Shown here one piece after another: positions 13,956 through 27,960 of a DNA stretch of 64,000 bases. The stretch comes from Octopus vulgaris (taxonomy: Eukaryota), in contig OX597829.1 of NCBI GenBank assembly GCA_951406725.2, positions 9,734,001 to 9,798,000 on the forward strand. The letters are read 5' to 3'. Within the stretch, counting starts at the first letter, position 1. Each line of letters starts with the position of its first letter. Both the position numbers and the translations under genes were made by a program. Below the pieces are notes generated by a model. The model did no database searches, was not told where the DNA came from, and saw only the letters and a program-made list of their open reading frames with translations.

Positions 13956-14728
13956 AAACTGACTTGCATTCTAAAGGCATGTAAGATTGTACTGGCATTT
14001 TTATTTTATTTTATTTGTTTTGTTTCAAGGGTATAATTTCGATGACCTGTAGTTGGCAGTATGTTGGTAATATGTCACATTGCTATAAAATATTCACACA
14101 CACGTACGCACATACATACACACTCAAGAGACAAATATATTCGCGTATATAGACACGTATATAGACACAGTTGTGCGTAGACAGACGCTTATATACAAAG
14201 TGACATACACGCACCACTACATCTGTACTGGATGAATATGTATTTAAAAACTTGGTCGAGTCCTAAGTACAGTTGTACGTTTTATAATTACTCACTTCCG
14301 TCTCAAAAGTGTTTACACGTGGTTCACTAATGGAAGAAGAAAAAATAGAGATAAAAGTAGCGTATAAGTACACGTGTATAGTTTCTGTGTTCTGTATTTA
14401 AGAATAGCTGTGTATGTGTTTGTATATATATATATATATATATGTTCCGCTGTATGTTTGTGTATAGGCCTTTCTATGTCTTTGAATGTAAATGTATGTA
14501 CGTACGTAAGTGCGTGGTTTGTGTTATAATATATATCAGTATAACCACGTAGCCAAGCACAGGCTTAACTGTATAGGTTAAGAGGTTAGTTACGCTTTCC
14601 AACAATGTATATGAACATGGTTCTGTACCGTGTTCGATCCCCACTCTGCGCCATCTTAGTCAATTCTATTTGTACCCATAGCTTCGAGTCAACCCAAACT
14701 TAATTCCATTTAGCAACATGGAATCACC

Positions 14729-14771
<43 letters not shown>

Positions 14772-14819
14772 TCATGCTAATACATGTACATAAGCAAATA
14801 TGCATATACATATCAATAT

Positions 14820-15135
14820 ATGTGAATCGTTGGCGAGTTTTCCTCCGTTTTCCTTTTCTATTGGACTTTCTTCTGTTTCTGAAGAAGAGCTTTGCTCGAA
14901 ACGTAAAACCCGCTCCCTTTCCTTCCCTGAGCGTCTGTTAATACTTTACATGTACCATGTCCTCGCGTTCTTGTTTTTTTTCTTGCTTGTTCTTGTTTGG
15001 ATTGACTATCGCTGTTTCTTTCTGTTCCTTTCTGTGGAAGAGCGTAGGCTCGAAACGCCACTTCCCGAGCGTTAAACTAATATATCTATTTGTTGTCTAC
15101 ACCACCTGTCTTCGTATCTTTTTTCTGAATTCAGT
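14820..15135 (+). mobile_element. Head-to-tail tandem of two diverged hammerhead-bearing units (family H-related)
   Basis: Both units show pyrimidine tract - HHR - cttcc(c/t)gagcgt..taata - pyrimidine tract; cores at 14879 and 15032 are 153 nt apart; the second has lost the UH/stem I 3' strand. Confidence 0.7.
14875..14909 (+). ncRNA. Minimal type I hammerhead ribozyme motif (PLE-associated type)
   Basis: gttt-CTGAAGA-A-GAGC-TTT-GCTC-GAAA-CG-TA-aaac: 4 bp stem I, intact CUGANGA and GAAA boxes, 4 bp stem II, ACGU palindrome replacing stem III, GUA cleavage triplet. Activity not shown. Confidence 0.75.
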
Positions 15136-16183
15136 ATATGTGACCATATGCACCCAGTTGTCCACTTTGGCATAAAGGTATTTTATGCCTCAGCGCTTGC
15201 ATTCTTTATCAAGCATATTTCCCTGTTACCTTTTAAATATTGGCTTGTAAACACGTACTCATTTGCATGTATTTGTTTAAAATAATTCATATGACAAATA
15301 TAAGATTTGTGCAAAACTGTAGAATATTATTGATTGTGATACAAAGTGGTTCAAATATATTTTTGAACCCGAATACAAGGTTCAAAGCATTACTCATGCG
15401 AAAAGTTATTGTCTATGAACGTATAATGCGGATGTGCGTCCATCTTTGGAGTCGATGTTAAAAAAAAAGATCCGCTAAAATTAGCTGCCAAATTTTCTTC
15501 AAATCGAAACCTACCAACTTGAGAGAACAACACATTATACGTATATATGTTGACTGAAGGATACGGTTGTCGAGAAAAAGATGAGATGGCCATGGTTTGA
15601 ACGTTTTTCAGGGCTGATCAAGGCAAGTCAATACAAACACATATACACAAATATGTAATTATTAAAACAGTAGAATCTGTGGAAATAAATAACGGTCTGC
15701 AGCGGCGGTGAAGGTTATATACGTGTGTGTGTGTGTGTGTGTGTGTTTGTGTGTGTGTGTTTGTGTGTGTGTGTTTGTGTGTGTGTGTTTGTTTGTACAG
15801 ACACTCACATGCATACATATCGGCATAAATAAATGAAATCTGCGTAGATGTTCAAATACTTAAAACTCATAGAAAAACACTTGAATTTTAATGTTTTGAT
15901 CAGTTTTTTGACAGTGCAATAAAGGAATGTGCATTGTTGTAATATAAAGTATAGTAGTTCTCTTCTGTCTTGTTACTATTCGGTTTTAGCTTTATTTCAA
16001 GGTGGTGCTATTGAGATAAACATGGGCTGCGCCTATACTGGCTGAAACCTATCAAATTTATCCGTTATATACTTGCTGTTGTTTAGTGACATTAAACTAC
16101 GTTTAAAAGCACTCTAGTCACGCCAATTCCATCTTTTAGATATTCATTTTAAATACGTAGAACTACATTATTATTTATTTATT

Positions 16184-16259
<76 letters not shown>

Positions 16260-16684
16260 TAAGACACCAGGGTATGGTTTGAGGGTTATTTTGGACTTCT
16301 ATTTGTAGCATGTCAAACGACCACTTAAAGGAAATTCTTCGTTGGATCATGTTTTGCTATATGTTTGGTGTTGGTTTCGGCTCAACATTGGCAGCTGATA
16401 AAGACGAGTCGCTTCAAAGTCACTTCAAATAAATCTGGAACAGCTATATCATATTTTCCAAATATATTCTGGTGTAATATTTCTATTTATCTTAGTACAT
16501 GTTTGTCGTCGATGGAATTTATCTGCATATATACATGTGCGTGTGTGACTGTGTGTCTGTGCATACACACATGTGTGTGTGTGCGTATTTGTCTTTGATA
16601 TGTTGAACATCTTGCCCTCATTATAAAGTATGAAAATATATGCTGCAAAATCTGCTATACACTTTATATGCGGATGTCGTTGAT

Positions 16685-16875
16685 TAACCCCCGGATCAGC
16701 CGAGATAGAACAGAACTATGCTAAATAGTGTTCCAGCTTTGGCTATGTCTTTCCTCTGCCTTTGTATTCGAAAGCCGACTTACTTAACATGATGTTCTTC
16801 CTTTTCATATGAGTAGGTTGTAATTTGAGGGAGATTTAGCTAATGTTTCCAGCGGATCGATTAAACGCATGTGGC
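16685..16875 (-). mobile_element. Family D repeat, decayed
   Basis: tttgagggagatttagctaatgtttccagc..cga block shared with other copies. Confidence 0.55.
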
Positions 16876-17330
16876 TCATCTTGTAGGGTCAATAAAGAAG
16901 AGGCGCTGCAACCTATCTTGTATGCATTGCATCATGGGTAGCCGCGTTTTCGATAATATCACGTAGCATCCAACGTAGAAAGGTTTGCCTTCCTTGTGGG
17001 ACGTTTTTCTTGCCTTTCTTTCTGTGAGAAGGGAGGGTAAACAATAAAAACAGAGATTTCTTCGAGGATTGGTCAAAAGAACTCGAAAAACTAAGAAAGA
17101 AAGACAGAGAAAAGGAAGGAAGGAGTGATAAGGAGCATGAGATAGCGATAGAGAAAAAGTATTTTAAATTTGTGTTGGTGTGGTAACAAACCATATTGAT
17201 GCTATTAATATTACTGTTGTTGTTGATGCCAAAATCAAAATCCGTACTAATGCTGTGGGTGAGGGAGAGAAAAATTAATTCTGACGTTTCGGAGGTAGTT
17301 CTTTCGTCCGGAACATGCTTCTTATATTAA

Positions 17331-17712
17331 TCTCTCTCTATATAAACGGCAGTTTGTCTGTGCGTGTTTCTGTGTGTCTGTTTGCTTGTACCCTCACCCT
17401 GACCACGGCTTTCAACCGATTCTGATGAAACTTGACACACACATAGCCCAATGTCATAATTCAAAACTAACGCAGCGAAAATTTTGAAAAGTTCCCCCAG
17501 TTCTGAAAAAAATCGATAAATTCGACATGGGGTCGAGAATCAGAAACACAAACCGCAAACTGTCTAGGGGACGCAACTCCACCTTTTTTAACTAAAAAAA
17601 AATTTACCATCATTTTTTTCCATTTTTTGGCTATTTTTTGGCTATAACTCTCTAAAAATGCTTTATAGTTATTTCCCTTACAAACCTGAGCAACGCCGGG
17701 CGATACTGCTAG
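17331..17712 (+). mobile_element. Non-autonomous Helitron
   Basis: 5' TCTCTCTCTATATAAA, (CTGT)-like tract, 3' GC-rich imperfect hairpin cctgagcaacgccggg (17685-17700) then CTAG; inserted between A17330 and T17713 with no TSD. Confidence 0.88.
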
Positions 17713-18098
17713 TATGTAATAAATGTCATACCACTTGGGTTAAAGCAGGCAAAATATAAAAAACGAGCATTTATTTAATTTTTTTAGTAAGCTATAATGA
17801 TGCAGGCAATATAATTTCTCTCAAGGTTTCTATTTGAAAGGAGGGCACCTGCTACTTAATTTCAATGAGCCCGTCCCCTGAAACATAAAGCAAAGTTAAG
17901 TTAAAAACTCTGGTGGAATTCGAACACACATCGTGAAGGGTACAATTAAATACTGTGATAGCAGACAACATTGAGTCCATCATATCGTTTATGCCACCCA
18001 TCATATTGTTTATGCTATAATAATAGCAACGATAACAAATATAATGGCTAAAACTAAAAATAATTTCTTAAGATTCTATATATATATGTGTGTATGTG

Positions 18099-18197
<99 letters not shown>

Positions 18198-18306
18198 TTG
18201 GTATATATATGTATATTGGTATATAATGGAAGCGACGAGAAATATAATGAGATCACCGAGTTGAATGTTAAACTGAAAGACATTGCAATGTTAAAGACAA
18301 GAGGAC

Positions 18307-18510
18307 GGCGGCGAACAGGCAAGAATCGTTGGCCCGTCGGACAAAATGCTGAACGGCATTTCGTCCGTCTTTACATTTTGAGGTCGATTTTTCTTTTTAT
18401 CCTTTTGAGAGTCAACAAAATTAATACCAGTTACGCACTGGGGTCGATGTAATCGACTTATCTCCTCTCTTAAAATTGCTGGCCTTGTGCCAAACATTGA
18501 GAGCAATATT
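18307..18510 (+). mobile_element. SINE family A
   Basis: ggcggcgaacaggcaagaatcgttg..accagttacgcactggggtcgatgtaatcgact..aaattgctggccttgtgccaaa. Confidence 0.85.
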
Positions 18511-18589
18511 AAAAACAACGAATTCAAATACCTCTATTGAGAGTTAAGGGTTTTAGTGGGGTAGAAACCTGTTAGTTGGAACTTTTGTG

Positions 18590-18950
18590 ATAGGCATAGC
18601 TGCGTGGTTTCAAGTTCAGTACCACTGAGTGGCACCTTCTGCAAGTGTCTTCTACTATAGCCTTGAGCAGACCAATGCCTGGTGTGTGAATTTGGTCGAA
18701 GGAAAGCGTGCAGAAGTCCACTAAATATATGTGAGCAAGCGCAAGCGCTTGTATGCGTGTCTTTCATTTGTGTTTGTCCCCACCACCGCTTTACAAGTGG
18801 TGTGAGTTTGTTTACAGCTTCGTCACTTACAGACCGAAAGACAAAAAAAGAAAACAATTAGTACTGGGGCGAGGGATGAAGGGACGAAACCCTTCAAAGC
18901 GGTGACCCAGCATGGTCGCAGTCCAATGATTGAAACAAGCAAAAGATAAA
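18590..18950 (+). mobile_element. SINE family B
   Basis: ggcaccttctgcaagtgtcttctactatagcc..cccaccaccgct..cccagcatggtcgcagtccaatgattgaaacaag. Confidence 0.85.
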
Positions 18951-19681
18951 ACGACAACACAACAGTATGGTGATACAGGTTGTTGCGATAACAAGGACAG
19001 TGGCGGCAACGGAGAGAGGGAGGCAGTAGTTGATACGGTGGTGGTAACTATGGCGGCGGCGGCGGCGGTGGTGGTGGTGGTGGCTTGGTGAAATTTTTAA
19101 AAAAAAGATGTCGGTTGCTGTGATGGTAGAGATGCTAATAATGGCAGCAGTAATGATAGTTGTATTTGAGGCGATGTTGGTGGCGATGCAGGATGATCTG
19201 ATGGTGTTGGTAGCAGCGGTGATGATAATGGTGATGGTGGTGGTGTTGGTAGGAACGGTGGTGGTAGTGCGGAGGAGATACTTGTTTCCTAGTTATGATG
19301 GTGACTACAGTGTTGGTAGCGTTTATAATTCAAGTTGTTGTGATGGCATGGTGGGATGCCTTACAAGATTGACAGTGGTTCTTGAGATGCTGGTAATGAT
19401 GGTGGTGGAAGCGATGGTTTTAAGTATTCTATGACCGGATATTATCCTTCCAATTTAAACGGATGCGATTTCGTCTCGCACATGTGGTGTTTAAGCAGCA
19501 AGTGTATGGGTATATATACATACACGCATACGCACACACATATACACACTGGCATATATATATATATCTGTATGTATGTATATGTATATGTATATGTATG
19601 AATGTATGTATATATGTGTATACATAAATATGTGTATATGTAGGTATTTAAGTACAAACATATACCTGTATGTGTGAGCGC

Positions 19682-19735
<54 letters not shown>

Positions 19736-20148
19736 GTGTTTGCGGGTGTGTTTTGTGCCTTTTTATATATTGGTATAGATATTTAAATAGATGCAATCAT
19801 ATGTATATACGCATGTCTATGCATGCGCATACTCATACGTGTGTTGAGCGAGAGACAAGGTAAGAACCTTGCTTCCTAAATAGAAGGATACCTGTTTCAG
19901 AACTCCAGATGTCGGGTTCAATCCCGCTACCCAGCATCCAAGCCTGTCGAGGAGATTAGCAGAAGGAAAAACCGTACCGTACTTTCTAAGGCCCAACCTT
20001 ATCTAACATTGCGTCACAACGATTCTTGCCTGACGATTTCATTAAGCATACAGGTGGTCTGTAACACACTGCAACGTAAAGACTGGCTTGGATGTTGACA
20101 GAATTACTGGCAGTTATCATTTCGTCAAAAGCGAGGCGAGAGTGAGTC

Positions 20149-20234
<86 letters not shown>

Positions 20235-20537
20235 GCATATAACTGCTTGGGTATGTATGTATATGCATGTATTCGCCTGTATGTGTATGTGTGTGCTTAT
20301 CTATTATTTCTATTTATTTTTGTCGATTTTTTTCGTCTTTCAATGCATTAAATTATACACACAGGGATATTTACACTAGCTAGACCCTTGCGTTCAAATA
20401 AAACAGACGGGAATGAATATAAGTGTAGATGTTAGTGGATTTCTGTCTGTTTGTGAGTATATGGCGACACATGTACATACACATATACACAAAATTATAT
20501 ATCTGTGCATGTGGCGTGCGTGCGTGTGACTGTATGC

Positions 20538-20592
<55 letters not shown>

Positions 20593-20941
20593 GTATGTAC
20601 ATATACACGCACACAGACATATATATATATACATGCACGCACAAAAATATTCAAAACCATGTATACCTACAAACGTACAAATACACATAAGTACACACAC
20701 ACACATTTACACACGTACACACACTCACACATACGCACATTGAAACGCAATATGACATACGTAAATGATCAATTATTTTTATTATATATCATAAAATGGG
20801 TCACAGGTAGTTGACAATGTCAGTAAACGTGGAGTTTTTTTTTTTTTTACCAAATTTGAAGAGCCTCATCCGGCGAGACTTCGCTGTGACTGTCATGCTT
20901 TTAAAAAGAAAATACTTGATTTTTCACACTTTTAGCGAGTC

Positions 20942-21770
20942 GTATGTATGTATTGTATGTATGTATGTATGTATGTATGTATGTATGTATGTATGTATGT
21001 ATGTATGTATGTATGTATGTATGTATGTATGTATGTATGTATGTATGTATTGTATGTATGTATGTATGTATGTATGTATGTATGTATGTATGTATGTATG
21101 TATGTATGTATGTATGTATGTATGTATGTATGTATGTATGTATGTATGTATGTATGTATGTATGTATGTATGTATGTATGTATGTATGTATGTATGTATG
21201 TATGTATGTATGTATGTATGTATGTATGTATTGTATGTATGTATGTATGTATGTATGTATTGTATGTATGTATGTATGTATGTATGTATGTATGTATGTA
21301 TGCATGCATGCATGTATGTATGTATGTATGTATGTATGTATGTATGTATGTATGTATGTATGTATGCATGCATGCATGTATGTATGTATGTATGTATGTA
21401 TGTATGTATGTATGTATGTATGTATGTATGTATGTATGTATGTATGTATGTATTGTATGTATGTATGTATGTATGTATGTATGTATGTATGCATGCATGT
21501 ATGTATGTATGTATGTATGTATGTATGTATGCATGTATGTAATGTATGTATGTATGTGTGTATGTATGTGCGTATGTATGTATGTATGTATGTATGTATG
21601 TATGTATGCATGTATGTATGTGTGTGTGTATGTATGTATGTATGAATGCATGTATGCATGTATGTATGTGTGTGTATGTATGTATGTATGTATGCATGTA
21701 TGTATGTATTTGTGTGTGTATGTATGTGCGTATGTATGTATGTGTGTATGTATGTGTGTATGCATACATG
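20942..21770. repeat. ~830 bp (ATGT)n array
   Basis: Directly visible. Confidence 0.97.
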
Positions 21771-22748
21771 TACGAATGAATGCATTTGAAGTTTTGTTGT
21801 TGACATGATCTCGCCTCCTCCCGGTTTACCCACTGACATTTATAATCACTATTAGCGCTTCTTGTCCCTTTTCTCGTTGTAAACATTTGCATAATGGAAA
21901 CCCTCATCATAATATACATGTATTTTTATTTTAATTCTATCGGTTTTTTTTCCTCATTATAATTGTTTTAAAATCATTTGATAATGTTTAATGTTACACA
22001 TTCTCTTATTTATATATCATCAATCTAACAAATATATTCTTGTTGCTCCCTCTTCTCCTTCTCTTCCTCCCCTCCTCTTTCCCGGTTCCCTTGCTGCTCT
22101 GTATATGCGTATACACGTCAATGCACACCCGGGTGATCACGTATATTTTATTTGAATATTCACTCTACGGGTGAAGCATCCGTTTCGAGTTACTCCTAGT
22201 CCCTCATCAGGTGTGCACGATGCCCGTACAGCCGGTACACAGACATACCAACATAGACGTACACAGACACATATGTACATACATGCATATTGGTGTGTGT
22301 GTGTATGTATGTATGCATGTATGAGTCACCCATGTGAGTTTCTACCCTTTGGTTCCATAACCACGCTGACACTTTTGCTCCACTTCTCTTGTACAACCCG
22401 CTTTCCGTCATTCTCCTTTCATGTTTTCCACCCGCTTCAACCTCTGCCTCTTAATACATACATAAGTGTGTATGTATGTATGCCTTAATATATGTACATC
22501 TCACTCCCTCTCTACTTCGCTCCACCTCGTTGTTTTTATGGGGGGTGGGGGAGGCTGTTTCTTTTTCGTACTTTATTTTCTTTTTTGAGTTCATTGCATT
22601 TGTTTTTACCTCTTTAAAAATACCTTTTCTCCAAATCTCTCTGAAAATAAACTAAAACTACAAAAAAAAAAAAGGTTAACAAAATGCAAGCCCCGAAAAT
22701 ATTGCTCCAACTCGTCTTTCTTCACTCTTTAACCTACCTCACTACTTC

Positions 22749-22785
<37 letters not shown>

Positions 22786-23144
22786 GTATACATGTATGCG
22801 TGTGTATGCATGCCTCCTCCGTCTTATCTTAATCGCGCTATGCATTTCTTTATCACTTTTCACCCCCACCTTCCCTTTCACTATCCCTCTTCTCTGCTCT
22901 CTATCCATTCTGCCCCCCCAACCCACCCCCTCTCTCTTCTCTATGCCCCCATTATTTCATTTTATTGTCTATCTCCATCCATTCACACTTCATCACCATT
23001 ATGATATCCCATATCTGATCCCTTCTATCCCAACAGACAGAAACACACAGACACACAGGCAAATAGACAAACACACACATACACACACACACACATATAC
23101 ACAAGTGACTATAAAGAATCGTAATTCACCGAATATATACATAC

Positions 23145-23219
<75 letters not shown>

Positions 23220-23332
23220 ATATATATAATATTTGTTTTTACAAAATCTGGACAATGATTTTAAATTATCGGGCGTTGGTAGCTTTCTATGTTTGTCTGA
23301 CGGATTAAGGCTAAACTTCCAAGAAACAACAC

Positions 23333-23387
<55 letters not shown>

Positions 23388-23617
23388 TGGATGGATGGAT
23401 GGATGTATACATATGTACGTGCGTATTTATGTATACACACCAGGCTGTATAGACAGAAGCAGATTGTCAGCGTTTAATTTACTTTCTGTAATACTTCATA
23501 ACATCCTACCCCACCAGCCAGTCAGTCAGCCAGCCAGCCAGCAAGCCACCACCCATCTTCTTCCTCATCATGGTGTCAACTACCACCACCTACATCACCA
23601 TCTCACCCACTACAGCA

Positions 23618-23657
<40 letters not shown>

Positions 23658-23749
23658 TTACCACCACCACCACCCCTATCTCTATTACTGGCACCACAAC
23701 GGAACATCACCTCTAACCCCAACCCAACATCTCCTTTAGCGAGTCATTA

Positions 23750-23965
23750 GAGAGCCTTTAAGTAGTCGATCAATTTGCTAGAAATAGCAGCCAATTTTTT
23801 GCCCCCCCTCCTTCCCGCCTCTTCAAATCCTACTCCGTTGTCTTAGAAAGGAATAGACATATTCAATGTAGCCCTCGTTACTCAAGACAAAGAGGGGATG
23901 GCGGCGACCGGAATACATTTGATCCTGTTGTCTGCACTGTCAAGGTTGACGTGGGGCTAAAACAA
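23750..23965 (+). mobile_element. Family D repeat
   Basis: gagcctttaagtagtcgatc..tgctagaaatagcagccaa..ggggatggc..ggggctaaaacaac. Confidence 0.65.
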
Positions 23966-24245
23966 CTGTAGTTCTTCCACATCCGACATAACGAACACCT
24001 CCCCCGCTCCAAATCACCCTCCTCGACATTAAACCACCGTCAAATGCAACAGCCATCACCACAGCGACCACCGCTACCACCAAACCAACTCATTTATCGC
24101 CGTTCGCTGCCATAACTAGTGTGACGGTCACAGCTACCACCGTAAGTATTACAACCATTATAAACACCAACCGAAAGAACCATGATATTCTCAACAACAA
24201 CACCAACAACAACTATTACAGCTACCAACAAACCACTATAACTTG

Positions 24246-24289
<44 letters not shown>

Positions 24290-24671
24290 CCACAAATAAC
24301 ATCATACAACCGTCACCTCATCGCATCCGGCACTGTGATCTCGACTATCACCAACTCTTACTGCTCTCTGCCATCGCCGCCCTTACCACCACCACCACCA
24401 CCACCACCACCAAAACCAAAACCATTGCTACCACCACCGCCGCGACTATCACGCAAGCTTCCCCTCTTAACACCAACAGACACATCAACTTACCCAACCT
24501 AATTTCTTAATTTTCCCTTCCTTTCTCTGTCCGCCTCGACTGTCATTCTGTTGTACAGCAGATGGGCTACTGCTGAGATACCTAGAAAACACTACGGTTA
24601 TATACACATATGTATATATACAAATACAAATATCTACATACAAATATATATATATAGACACAAACACATGC

Positions 24672-24713
<42 letters not shown>

Positions 24714-25034
24714 ATATATGTATCTGTACTATGTGGGTGGTGTATAAGATGTGTGTGTGTATAAGTATGTATGTCAACAGATATATATTACTTCGTTGAT
24801 TCATACACAGTGAAAGTTTTTGTGCTCACACACTTTAACTTAAATACACACATGCACACCATATACACAGACATATTTATACTTACACACGCACACACAC
24901 ACACACACGCACACACACACGGGCACAAGCGACGGCGTTGAGTAAGTAGGACAGTTCTAAGTTTTCTGTCAAACGATCATTTACATTTTTTCATTAGGTA
25001 TTGAAGATATATTTTACAAAATCAAACATTTAAA

Positions 25035-25560
25035 TACCACCACCACCACCACGACCGCCGCCGCCACCACCACCGCCGCAACCACCACCACCACCACCAC
25101 CACGACCACCACCGCCGCAACCACCACCACCACCGCCACCACCACCACGACCACCACCGCCACCGTCACAACCACCACCACCACCACCACAACCACAACC
25201 ACCACTACCACAACACAACCACTACCGCCATCATCACAACCCCACCACCACCGCCACAACCACCACCATCCTACCGTTATGAACATCACTACACCCTACC
25301 ACTGCCACAGGCACCTCAGCCATAATACTTCCAGCATCACCACCACCACCACCGTCACCATTATTATTATTATTAACCAAGAACATGATGCTGCTGATGA
25401 TGATGATGGTGACGATGACGGCGACAATGAAGACAACGACGATAGTAGTGGTGGTGGTGATGGCGGCGGCGGTGGTGGTGGTTTTGACGACGACGCTGAC
25501 GGAAATGATGAAGGTGTTGATGATGATGATGATGATGACGAAGCTGCTGCTCATGATGAT
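25035..25560. repeat. Degenerate (CCA)n then (GAT/GGT)n microsatellite field
   Basis: Directly visible. Confidence 0.9.
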
Positions 25561-25806
25561 GTCGACGTACCTTAATACTTTCTGATACATACAGTCAAGT
25601 CTACCCCCTGCTTTCCTTTCCCCCTTGTTGACTTTGTTTCCCTCGCCCCCCTCCCCTTCTGCTTCTCCATCCTCATCATCCTCCTCCTCCTCCTCCTCCG
25701 TATTTCCTCTTCTTCCTCCACGCTGTTTTCACCTACTTTTATTTCGCTTTCTCTATTCTTGTCTTCTTTTTTCTTTCCTCCTTCATCTCCACCACATCAT
25801 TCACTC

Positions 25807-25852
<46 letters not shown>

Positions 25853-26090
25853 TCTCCCTCCCATCTTCTCTTCCCCATCTCTACAAATCTGCTTTATTTC
25901 TTCTTCTGTCGATTTCAGTTTCATCATCATCATTAGCTCTCACCATCTAAATTATTATTATCGTTGTCGTTACTATTATTGTTTGATTGCAAAAAATTAT
26001 CATTATAATAATATTAATACTACTACTACTACTACAGCGAACAACAACAACAACAACAACAACAATAATAATAATAATAATAATAAAAAT

Positions 26091-26124
<34 letters not shown>

Positions 26125-26611
26125 GTGATCATCATCACCATCACCATCACCATCACCATCACCCTTCTCTCGCCGTCATCCTGTTGCCTTTGCATCAGCG
26201 TTATCAATGTGCTTCTTCTGCTTATTATTGGTGACTTGTCTCCCCCCCCCAACTCAAGATGTTCAGCAACATATACATACATATACATGTACAATATATA
26301 CGTAAAAATGTGTTTGTGTGTGTGCGTGTGTGTGTCTGTGTGTGTGGATGGATGGATGGATGGATAAGGCCAACCAACACTCTTTAAACTCGTAACACGT
26401 GAAACAATACACATCGCTGTCGTGACCCGAACCACATTTATATCTTAAACTCTCATTTCTTTCCTCTGCTACTCTCCTTCCCCTTCCTTCAACTGTCTCC
26501 TCATTCTTCCCCTCCCCCCTCTCTCTCTCTTTTCCTCTACACCCTCTCTTTATTCACTTACTAATCTTTTTTTCTTCCTAACTTCATGTTATTGTTGTCG
26601 TTGCTGCTGCT

Positions 26612-27085
26612 GCTAACTCCTAGTCGACCCCGATGGTTGAAGAAAAACCCTTTGCATGACCAAAGGCATTTCAAATCTGACCATCCCGTCTTTTTTGCTG
26701 GTGTTGTTATTTTAAGAAATATTTTGAATATTTGCATTATCTCATGTAATATCCTTCCTTTTTTTTTATTTCTTCATTTTATTTCATTTTATTTCATTTT
26801 TTAAGACGTTCAGTAGGGTTTCAGAGAGAAGCCGGCTGCTATTTCTAGCTGGACGGGCCGCCGCCGCCGCCATACTGACTCACTCGTTGGATCGACAAGT
26901 TTTATGTGGAACATAAGGGGTGCAGGGGCTAACAACCAAGCCTCTACGCAGTCGCGCGACCAGCTAGAAATAGCAACTAAATTCTCCTTCATATTGAAAT
27001 GCTAAAGGACATTAATCACCGTAGTTCTAGAATGGTCATAGACAGCTTTCTGACCCTACGTCTACTTATTAAGGACTGAAAAGGT
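26612..27085. mobile_element. Two family D repeats head-to-head (26612-26880 minus; 26938-27085 plus)
   Basis: ggctgctatttctagctgg at ~26834 versus ccagctagaaatagcaac at ~26960. Confidence 0.65.
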
Positions 27086-27119
27086 CCTGACTTTCTTGGA
27101 TATAATATCATTCCCACTC

Positions 27120-27490
27120 AGACCATACACCAGGATCAACAACACCAACAGCACTTACAACATCCCCTCCCACATGCAATCCCATATACACTCTACAATA
27201 CTCGCAATCAGCAACTCGCCATTGCAAAATATCTCTCGTTTAGTCCCGAGGCATCTTACAACACGTTAAAACGGGATTGCAAACACCAGCAAAGCTACCA
27301 TTCCCTTCTTGGTCCTCATACATCCACAATGTGGCCAGTTTACGTCTCCCTCTATTCAGCACATCTACAAAATGCACAGCAACAACTATGCCGCCATACC
27401 TCACGCTCAATTTAGGCTCGCATACATGTTGCATAAGAATGGCGACAGCATAGACAGCCTCAAAACATTATTCCTCGCACATTCAACATG
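27120..27490 (+). mobile_element. Decayed 3' end of an APE-type LINE (I/Jockey-like)
   Basis: A/C-rich strand bias; AQFRLAY...DSLK(H)LF resembles the L.QLR.G...H.F.C C-terminus of such LINEs; heavily degraded. Confidence 0.4.
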
Positions 27491-27524
27491 TGGGGTGGGG
27501 TGCGGTGGAAGTGGGGAATATGCA

Positions 27525-27684
27525 GGCGCAGGTGTGGCTGTACGGTAAGAGAATTGCTTCCCATCCACATGGTACTGGGTTCAGTCCCACTGCGTGGCAC
27601 CCTGGGCATCTTGCACTATAGCTTCGGATCGAGCAATGGCTTGCGAATGGATTTGGTGAACGGAAACTGAAAGAATCCCGTCGC

Positions 27685-27717
<33 letters not shown>

Positions 27718-27960
27718 TATATACACATGTGTGTGTGTGTCTGTGTGTATGTATCGGCCTGTCTGCGCTTGTACCCCACCACCACTTGAAAACCGGTGTT
27801 GGTGTGTTTATGTCCCCGTTACCTAGCAGTTTGGCAAAAGAAACCGATAGAATAATTACTAGACTTGAAATATAAGCCCTAGAATCGATTTGTTCGACTA
27901 AAACACATCAAGGCATGGTCGCAGTCAATTGGCTAAAAGGAAACAAAAAGTAAAAGAGTA
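27525..27960 (+). mobile_element. SINE family B, full length
   Basis: ggcgcaggtgtggctgtacggtaag..gggttcagtcccactgcgtggcaccctgggca..(TA/TG)n..gcatggtcgcagtc. Confidence 0.9.
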
